In this document: piece after piece, positions 57,301-64,000 of the stretch
Numbering within the stretch: the first letter of the stretch is position 1
How the letters are laid out: each line of letters begins with the position of its first letter
Assembly (NCBI GenBank): GCA_944371605.1
Contig: CALVXU010000019.1
Span: 20,832-84,831 of the forward strand
Direction: 5' to 3'
Source: an uncultured Bacilli bacterium
GTDB lineage: Bacteria; Bacillota_I; Bacilli_A; RFN20; CAG-288
DNA: 64,000 nucleotides
Made by a program: the position numbers and the translations under genes
The notes under the pieces: generated by a model
The model's database searches: none
Told to the model about the DNA's origin: nothing
Seen by the model: only the letters and a program-made list of their open reading frames with translations

Positions 57301-59439
57301 ATGAAGAAACGTATTGTTCTTCCGCTGTTATTATTACTATCGTTGTCAACAGGTGCTGTGTTGAGCTCTTGTGATTCTAACACTAGCAATAGTAATTCTA
57401 GTGTTACAGAGAAAAAAGAAGATTATACTGTTACTTGGAACGTTGCTGAGCATGCGACTGTCAAAGTGGTCGGTCAAGATTCTTTACCACAGACAGTGGT
57501 TTCAGGAACTAAAATCGAATTCACCATCACCTGTGATGCTGGTTATGCAGTAGATCGTGTCAGCAGCGGATCTAGAACGCTTTATGCTGATGATGGCACT
57601 TATTCTGTGACTGTTAGATCTAATACGACAATTAACGTTACTGTTGAAAAAGTTGTTAAATCTATCGAAATCACTACTGCTCCAAATAAATTAACTTATT
57701 TTGATGGAGAGGCTGTTGATACAACTGGTATGGTAGTGACTGCCACATATGAAAATGGTGATGTAGAAGCTATCACTGATTACACTATTGAACCTGAAAC
57801 CTTGTCCGCTGGCGATACTTCTTTCACTGTTGTTTATCAAGATAAAGAAGCTGTTGTCAATTTAGAAGACACAGTTGAATACACTGTCACTATCGATCCT
57901 AATGGAGGTACTATCTCCTCAGAAGTGTTAGCCACCTATGAGACTCAAAACAATTATAAAGTTGAAGAAGATGGAACTATTTTCTTCTCCTATTATGATA
58001 ATTTAGATACTCCATTAGCATTACCTACCGCTGATCAAATCACAAGAGATAACTATGCATTCTTAAATTGGAGCGATAATATAACTCAAATCACTAACAA
58101 TTCTAAGAATGTTGATACCACGGCTAATTGGTCGCCAGAATTAGTTGATATTTCTCGCGTTTATTTAACCGTTGAACAAGAAGAGGGAGAAGATGTTCCT
58201 TATCTCTATATTGAAGGTACATTTAAAGCTGCTGATTCAGCTATGCTTTATTTATATGAAGGCAATCAACATTTCTCATTAGAGGGTGATACTTATCAAA
58301 AACCATCCGATAGTGATGAAATGTCTGTCAAATTTGATTTGCGCAGATTAGCTGATGCTAGAACTCAAGGTGATGATGGCACAGAAAAATCATTCAAAGG
58401 TGCTTGGATGGATATCCGTTTTGTTGCGACTTTGGGTGAAGATGAGCTTGAACAAGAGATTTTTGTCAATAGTGGAGATTTAGAAGTCGATGTTAATCAA
58501 TCCATTCACGCTGGTGTTTATTCATATGCTTTTGCCACTTATAACAATGGACGCGGCGATGCTTTAAAGGTTTATTATAGTGATTTCTTTGGAACTTATA
58601 CAATTGAAACATCTACTGCTGATAATGCAGCGACATTAAATCTCAATTTCGATGTTGCTGAGGCTTACTATGATAAACAGATTACAGTCAGCTGGTGGCA
58701 ATCTTCTGAATTCCCGTCCGATACTGCTACTATCAGTGCTGATGGTAAAGCCACAGTCTCAATTGATCTCAATGATTTCAGCGCTGGTTTAGCTTATGCA
58801 CATGTCACTATCAGTGATGAAGATGGAACAACATTATTTGGTGGAACAAGCACTAACTTACCTCTCAACGCTTGTGAAACTGACTTACCAACCGCTCCTT
58901 CTGGTGTTGATAATCGATTAAAGAATTCAATCGTCGTACAAAATCCTGCTAATAATATGGCTTATTATATCGGAAGAAGTGACAGCGATGGTTTGACTAT
59001 CTTTACACGTGATGAAGGCTTCATCATTAAGGATTCATATGTCACTGTTGTAGATAATAAAGCAAAATTCATCTTTGAAGCTCAAACAAGATATGAAGAA
59101 GCTGATTTTGAAGAAGGCGGAGCGATGGCTGATTTTGCTATCGATGTTCAAAATACTGCTTGGGCATATTCACTTTTGACAAGAGAAAGTGTAGCCGTTG
59201 AAGAAGGCGTTGTCACTCTCACTTATGATTTATCCACTTTAGCTGTTGATAGTTATTTCTTCCATTATCATTTATCAGCTGTTGATCCTAGCAACATTGG
59301 CACTGGAGCAACCAATCTCACAACAGCAACAGCGACTGAAGTTGAGACTGATACTCTTTCTTATAACTATAGAATGGCTGATCCACAAGGCTGGGGATTC
59401 GAAATGGCTTATCTCACCATTACTGAAAAAGCCGCTTAA
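57301..59439 (+). CDS. surface lipoprotein (712 aa) with Ig-like and Listeria-Bacteroides-repeat-like segments
   Basis: MKKRIVLPLLLLLSLSTGAVLSSC lipobox. A Big-like beta segment (TVTVRSNTTINVTVEKVV) and an Flg_new-like repeat (RDNYAFLNWSDNITQITNNSKNVDTTANWSP) are present. Ribosome-binding site GAAAGGAG upstream. Confidence 0.7.
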   Translation: MKKRIVLPLLLLLSLSTGAVLSSCDSNTSNSNSSVTEKKEDYTVTWNVAEHATVKVVGQDSLPQTVVSGTKIEFTITCDAGYAVDRVSSGSRTLYADDGTYSVTVRSNTTINVTVEKVVKSIEITTAPNKLTYFDGEAVDTTGMVVTATYENGDVEAITDYTIEPETLSAGDTSFTVVYQDKEAVVNLEDTVEYTVTIDPNGGTISSEVLATYETQNNYKVEEDGTIFFSYYDNLDTPLALPTADQITRDNYAFLNWSDNITQITNNSKNVDTTANWSPELVDISRVYLTVEQEEGEDVPYLYIEGTFKAADSAMLYLYEGNQHFSLEGDTYQKPSDSDEMSVKFDLRRLADARTQGDDGTEKSFKGAWMDIRFVATLGEDELEQEIFVNSGDLEVDVNQSIHAGVYSYAFATYNNGRGDALKVYYSDFFGTYTIETSTADNAATLNLNFDVAEAYYDKQITVSWWQSSEFPSDTATISADGKATVSIDLNDFSAGLAYAHVTISDEDGTTLFGGTSTNLPLNACETDLPTAPSGVDNRLKNSIVVQNPANNMAYYIGRSDSDGLTIFTRDEGFIIKDSYVTVVDNKAKFIFEAQTRYEEADFEEGGAMADFAIDVQNTAWAYSLLTRESVAVEEGVVTLTYDLSTLAVDSYFFHYHLSAVDPSNIGTGATNLTTATATEVETDTLSYNYRMADPQGWGFEMAYLTITEKAA

Positions 59440-59465
59440 TAGTTATAGAGTAATGTAGGTAAATA

Positions 59466-59498
59466 AAAACTAGCATCTTCGTGATGCTAGTTTTTTTG
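59466..59498 (+). terminator. rho-independent terminator
   Basis: CTAGCATC-TTCG-TGATGCTAG followed by TTTTTTT. Confidence 0.8.
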
Positions 59499-59701
59499 TG
59501 GTCAGAAGTAATCTATTTAAAATAGTTATAAAAGTTTACGATAAATTATCTACATAGATGATTGATAGTAGTGATGTTTGAGTAAAAAAATTGGCACATA
59601 CTTAAAGTAATAGAAAGAAAGATATCATCTATCAAGTTCTATAATTAGCCCTATAAACCGATCAAAGAGTAGAAAAGCAAAAATGCAGTCTATAAAAATG
59701 T

Positions 59702-60682
59702 TTATCGTATCATCTCTTCTTGATTCTTGTGTAGTTCATCATTTGGCTCTGCGATGACATAGACACTTTTTAAATCATCGAAATCATTCATCAGCTGTGC
59801 TTTGATTTTATCAGAAATCTCATCCACATCTTTTAAGGTTGTTTCACAGTCTTCTAAAATAAATATTTCTAAATAAAATTTTTCAGAGAAAATACGAGAA
59901 CGGATTAATTTGACCTTATTTAAATCATATATTTTACTTAATGATTCTTTTACTTTTTTCATTTTATCGTCATCAATGGCATGATCAGTGAGTTCTTTTG
60001 AAGATTTCTTAAACACTTCTACAGCGATTAGAATCACCATGATCGCAATCGGATAAGAAAGTATCGGATCTAAAATATTATTCTCAGGAAGCCAATAATA
60101 TCCGCAGAGAGCGATGATAGCAGCGATAGAAGACAAAGCGTCGATTCTTTGGTGCCAAGCATCAGCTTTCATAGCAGTGGAATGGGCTTTTTTAGCAGCG
60201 AAGTAAGTGATATTAAACATGATCTCTTTTAAAACAACCGAAGCGATAGATAGGCCCATTGAAGTCCAAAATAAAGGTGAACCAGCGACTGTTTCAGGAA
60301 TATCAGCATGTCTTGATTGGATAGCTGATACTTGCTCTATCAGTGATGTTGTTGATTCACTGATGATGGTTATCGCTGTCATAAATAGAATGATTGATAA
60401 AATCAAGGAAGCAATAGAAGCCCATCTTTCATGCCCGTAATTGTATTTGTGATTCTTTTTCACCGCTGCAATCCAAACTGCGATCAAAGCGATGATGGTA
60501 GTTAAAACATCACCTGTAGAGTGAACCCCATCAGAAAAGACGGAATCAAATCCCATTATTTTTCCGATTGTGATTTTTGAGATACCTAACAAAAGATTTA
60601 AGATGATGGAGATGATGGAGACGATGGTAGCAACTTTAACAGGTTCTTTTTCTTTTTCTTCGAGGATATTTTCTTTTTTCAT
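59702..60682 (-). CDS. cation diffusion facilitator (CDF) family metal efflux transporter
   Basis: Six TM helices with HSTGDVLTTIIALIAVW and ADAWHQRIDALSS motifs, plus a C-terminal cytoplasmic domain, typical of CzcD/FieF-type transporters. Confidence 0.8.
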   Translation of the reverse strand: MKKENILEEKEKEPVKVATIVSIISIILNLLLGISKITIGKIMGFDSVFSDGVHSTGDVLTTIIALIAVWIAAVKKNHKYNYGHERWASIASLILSIILFMTAITIISESTTSLIEQVSAIQSRHADIPETVAGSPLFWTSMGLSIASVVLKEIMFNITYFAAKKAHSTAMKADAWHQRIDALSSIAAIIALCGYYWLPENNILDPILSYPIAIMVILIAVEVFKKSSKELTDHAIDDDKMKKVKESLSKIYDLNKVKLIRSRIFSEKFYLEIFILEDCETTLKDVDEISDKIKAQLMNDFDDLKSVYVIAEPNDELHKNQEEMIR

Positions 60683-61305
60683 AAATTTTTAATGTTCGTG
60701 ATAATGATTAATATACCATTTTTCACCCTGATAATAGCTTTTTTATTGATGAATTCATTCGATACACCTAACGGTTCTAGATTTGTCAATGTGTGATTAT
60801 TCAATGGATATTTGAGATTTATCTCATCGACTCCGACGGATTTATCTGTGAAAGAGAAGACCGAAATCATCCCGCTTGCTTCTTGTTTAAAACACACTTC
60901 TGAATCATGTAGAGGGAAGATGATGTCATCCTTATATAAAGCGCTGATTTTAATATTTTTCATGCGGGCTTTTGCTAGTAAAGCGATAGTTGTTAAAGTC
61001 ATATCTAACCGACCACCGATCGCACCTAGAATTTTGATTTCATCAAATCCTTTATCTATTAAATAATTCAACGCATATTCGGTATCAGTCACATCTTTGA
61101 TAGGGTTAAGTTTTATTTGGGGGATGTTTTCATTTAAGAATTCTTTTGGTAAAGAGTCAAAATCTCCAATCAATAAATCAGGCTGTAAACCAGCGTTTAA
61201 AAAATTTAAATAACCAGCATCGCACGCGATAGTATAATGTGATTTTTCTTTATTTAAGAAACTTAAATCGCAAGTTAATTTTGAAACAATAATCGCAGTT
61301 TTCAT
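60679..61305 (-). CDS. thiamine pyrophosphokinase
   Basis: CDAGYLNFLNAGLQPDLLIGDFDSL plus a C-terminal thiamine-binding beta domain. Overlaps the CDF gene by 4 nt. Confidence 0.8.
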   Translation of the reverse strand: MKTAIIVSKLTCDLSFLNKEKSHYTIACDAGYLNFLNAGLQPDLLIGDFDSLPKEFLNENIPQIKLNPIKDVTDTEYALNYLIDKGFDEIKILGAIGGRLDMTLTTIALLAKARMKNIKISALYKDDIIFPLHDSEVCFKQEASGMISVFSFTDKSVGVDEINLKYPLNNHTLTNLEPLGVSNEFINKKAIIRVKNGILIIITNIKNL

Positions 61306-61862
61306 TCTACTTTACCAGGTAAATCAATTTTCTTTGTTGCAGCTTTTCGATAAATCATATCTTCGGTTTCTTTGTCATCATGTTTTTTAGCTAAGAGGAC
61401 ACCTCTGATATAAGCATCAATTTCATTATTATCCATCGCTTTTAGATAATATTTCATCGCTTTGTTATCATCTTTTTTAAATATATCACCAGATTCATAT
61501 TCTTTAGCTAACGCTAGTAAAGCTGGACCATAATTCAATTCACAAATCACTTGTAAACCAGCTCTTGCTTTTACTTTGTCAGTTTTTTTATATAAAAGAT
61601 ATTGGTAATAATAAGCGATATCGCAATGTTCAGAGAGGGCGATGTCTAACTGTTGAACCGCTTTATCATAATCTATATAAAATAGTCTTGTATCATTTTC
61701 TAAATAACAAGCCACAAGATATAAATGATTTAATCCATCAAAACGATGCGAAGTCTCTAAAATATGTTTGATATCTTGAATTGTTTCGCTAGTGGTAAAA
61801 GGGCTAAAAGCTTTTGCAATCAATCCTTTTAAAAGATCATATTTAGTTAATTTCTTTTCCAT
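61302..61862 (-). CDS. hypothetical protein with Sel1/TPR-like helical repeats (186 aa)
   Basis: ALLALAKEYESGDIFKKDDNKAMKYYLKAMDNNEIDAYIRG resembles a Sel1 repeat. Overlaps the TPK gene by 4 nt. Confidence 0.4.
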   Translation of the reverse strand: MEKKLTKYDLLKGLIAKAFSPFTTSETIQDIKHILETSHRFDGLNHLYLVACYLENDTRLFYIDYDKAVQQLDIALSEHCDIAYYYQYLLYKKTDKVKARAGLQVICELNYGPALLALAKEYESGDIFKKDDNKAMKYYLKAMDNNEIDAYIRGVLLAKKHDDKETEDMIYRKAATKKIDLPGKVE

Positions 61863-62037
61863 CTTCAGTTTTAAAGGTAAGACATATCATTATCTTATCA
61901 CAAGATAGTATTTAGTCATCTGATAAAATTTGTGGAACTTTAACATGATAAGAAAAATAGCAACCTCTTGAAGAATATCACGATAAATGTTTTATTATGC
62001 TAGAATAATGATGATATAAAACGGTTAATAAAAAGAT

Positions 62038-62907
62038 ATGAACACTATAGTTATTAGAGCTTTAGCTAAAATCAATTTGGCCATAGACGTATTAGATAAA
62101 AGAGCAGATGGATATCACGATATCGATATGATAACTATTCCTTTAAAACTTCATGATTCTGTAGAGATCACACCTTTAGGACCTAATTATGACACTTATC
62201 TTTTTTGTGATGATCCGACCATTGTTTGTGATGAATCTAATCTCGCCTATAAAGCTTTAGATAAGATGAAAGAAAACTTCGATATCAACGGAGAATATCG
62301 AATGTTCATCTATAAAAAAATTCCTGTGGAAGCTGGGTTAGGTGGTGGTTCTGCTAATGCTGCTGCTATCATCAAAGCCTTGAGCAATTATTTACCAAAA
62401 GAACAAGTTGATGATAAGAAGCTTTATGATATCGCCTTATCTATCGGATCTGATGTCCCGTTTTGTTTGTTTAACAAACCGGCGAGAATCAAAGGACGAG
62501 GTGAGATTATCGAGCCTATCAAAGTCGCCTATCCGTATTATGTTTTGATTGTAAAACCACAATTAGGATTAGCTACTAAAACCGTTTATGCCGGATTTGA
62601 TCAAATCAAAGAAAAGATTCGTCGCCCTGATATCAATAGATTGATCAAAGCCTTAGAAAAAGATGATCAAGAAGAGATGAAAAAGTCGATGGCTAATGTT
62701 TTATCAGTCCCAGCCATCAAAGCATTACCCTTGATCAGCACGCTTTTAGAAGAAATGGAAATGATGAACTTAGTATTAAATGGCATGTCGGGAACTGGTT
62801 CGGCTTGTTTCGCTCTATCTAAAGATAAGAAGCTTTTAGAGAGAGCTTCTCATGTTTTTAATGGAGAAGGATATAGCACATATATCACTCAGTTTTATTT
62901 AGGCTAA
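62038..62907 (+). CDS. ispE: 4-diphosphocytidyl-2-C-methyl-D-erythritol kinase
   Basis: KINLAIDVLDKRADGYHDI and the GHMP kinase motif PVEAGLGGGSANAAA. Confidence 0.9.
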   Translation: MNTIVIRALAKINLAIDVLDKRADGYHDIDMITIPLKLHDSVEITPLGPNYDTYLFCDDPTIVCDESNLAYKALDKMKENFDINGEYRMFIYKKIPVEAGLGGGSANAAAIIKALSNYLPKEQVDDKKLYDIALSIGSDVPFCLFNKPARIKGRGEIIEPIKVAYPYYVLIVKPQLGLATKTVYAGFDQIKEKIRRPDINRLIKALEKDDQEEMKKSMANVLSVPAIKALPLISTLLEEMEMMNLVLNGMSGTGSACFALSKDKKLLERASHVFNGEGYSTYITQFYLG

Positions 62908-62911
62908 CAAC

Positions 62912-63844
62912 ATGGATTGTTTTTATCGTTCAGCTTTTCGCTTGGTTTTTGCTATCACAGGTCACAAAGATAAAAAAACCCATAGAAAAAATCCATCTAT
63001 AAATACAGTTAAAGTAGAGGCGTTTAGATATTTAGATGACGGCGATGATAATCATTCTTTTAATTTGATATCACCGAAAGAAAACAAAGACAAAAAACCG
63101 CTGCTATTTGATATTCATGGCGGTGGCTGGATGTATGGCGATAAAGATCTCAACTTAGATTTTGGCAAATATTTAGCTAATAATGGTTTTATAGTCGCCT
63201 TGCCTAGTTATACCTTGGCTTTTAAAGGCGGCTTGCAACATATGATAACAGAATTGTTTTCATCACTACGTTTTTTGTTAAAAAATGCTGAGAAATATAA
63301 TATCGATACTGAAAACATCTTTTTATTAGGTGATAGTGCTGGAGCTCATTTATCATTATTGATGACAGCTATCATCAACAGTGATGAATTAGCATCTATA
63401 TTTAATATCGATAGAAAAGTAATGTGTGAAGTTAAAGGCTTAGCATTGTTGAATCCTGTTCCTTATATCGATAGTTTTAAATTTGTCGGAAAGCCGTTAT
63501 GGATGGAAAGAGGAGCTAGAAAAGCATTTGATAGAATGATGTATGGTAAAGAATACTTTAAATCTGATATTTATAATCACGCATCATTTGCACAATTTGC
63601 TTCTAAGATAAGTGCTTATCCGCCGATTCTCATAACAACTTCAACCGGTGATACTTATATGGGAGAGCAAGCGATTAGACTCGATAAAGATTTATCGAAT
63701 CGAAACATCGATCACATTTATTTTTGCTTAGAAGATCAAACCGTTCCTCATGTATATAATGTTTTGGCTCCTCAAGATGAAAGAAGCATGAAAATCAATG
63801 AAAAAATAGTCGACTTTTTTAAATCACATTCTTCTATAAATTAA
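62912..63844 (+). CDS. alpha/beta hydrolase, HSL-family esterase/lipase
   Basis: Oxyanion-hole HGGGW and nucleophile elbow GDSAG (LLGDSAGAHLS). Confidence 0.8.
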   Translation: MDCFYRSAFRLVFAITGHKDKKTHRKNPSINTVKVEAFRYLDDGDDNHSFNLISPKENKDKKPLLFDIHGGGWMYGDKDLNLDFGKYLANNGFIVALPSYTLAFKGGLQHMITELFSSLRFLLKNAEKYNIDTENIFLLGDSAGAHLSLLMTAIINSDELASIFNIDRKVMCEVKGLALLNPVPYIDSFKFVGKPLWMERGARKAFDRMMYGKEYFKSDIYNHASFAQFASKISAYPPILITTSTGDTYMGEQAIRLDKDLSNRNIDHIYFCLEDQTVPHVYNVLAPQDERSMKINEKIVDFFKSHSSIN

Positions 63845-63942
63845 TATATGAAAAATGACTGATTAATAGCTTTATTATCTAGATTTATATTTATAAAACT
63901 ATATTTTTGGTGTAAAATTTTATTATTACTTGGAGGGCGTTA

Positions 63943-64000
63943 TGAGATTAAAAAATAATGCTGTCATTTATGCACTCTCAGCTAATCAAGATTTAGCTAA
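63943..64000 (+). CDS. 5' end of a CDS continuing beyond the window (MRLKNNAVIYALSANQDLA...)
   Basis: ATG preceded by GGAGGG. The frame stays open to the window end. Confidence 0.4.

Noticed and set aside
1-64000. Possibility that the window is Mycoplasma or Spiroplasma DNA using UGA as Trp
   Set aside because: Long ORFs such as mfd (1146 aa) and dnaA are uninterrupted under the standard code and terminate at TGA. So TGA is a stop here, and the ORF track computed with the standard code is appropriate.
1-64000. CRISPR arrays, rRNA/tRNA genes, transposases or integrases
   Set aside because: By visual scan I found no direct-repeat/spacer periodicity, no tRNA-like cloverleaf candidates in intergenic regions, and no ORF with transposase or integrase motifs. 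None reported.

Overview
This 64 kb window reads as chromosome from a low-GC (roughly one-third GC by eye) Gram-positive-lineage bacterium, with Mollicutes-like or Erysipelotrichia-like surface biology. It uses the standard genetic code with TGA as a stop codon; for example mfd ends in TGA, so it is not a Mycoplasma or Spiroplasma. The window spans the replication origin. dnaA and dnaN are on the minus strand at 45.5-49.1 kb, with TTATCCACA DnaA-box clusters on both sides of dnaA and a lipoprotein gene inserted between dnaA and dnaN.

Upstream lies an mfd-pth-rdgB housekeeping block. The remainder is dominated by cell-surface nutrient acquisition:
- Three GH3 beta-glucosidase-type enzymes are present. 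Two have reversed (circularly permuted) domain order and are anchored by N- and C-terminal transmembrane helices; one is a canonical cytoplasmic form.
- A GH5 lipoprotein is present.
- Several large secreted proteins and lipoproteins carry Listeria-Bacteroides (Flg_new-type) repeat or Big_2-like domains.
- An oversized Opp oligopeptide ABC system (OppA 980 aa, OppC 688 aa, OppD and OppF with insertions) sits next to a 1388-aa membrane-anchored subtilisin-like protease and peptidase T.
- Other recognisable genes: a CsbB-like GT2 glycosyltransferase paired with a YfhO-like GT-C protein, a DUF368 (PopT-like) membrane protein, MerR, TetR and LytTR regulators, a NUDIX hydrolase, a CDF transporter, thiamine pyrophosphokinase, IspE and an HSL-type esterase.

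The most unusual item is a 1157-aa protein immediately downstream of dnaN: a ~650-aa coiled coil flanked by two mutually homologous HNH-like terminal domains whose catalytic His is replaced. A second notable signal is a recurring palindrome (GTGAAAGCGCTTT) upstream of three surface-protein/GH3 operons. No CRISPR array, rRNA, tRNA or obvious mobile element was seen.
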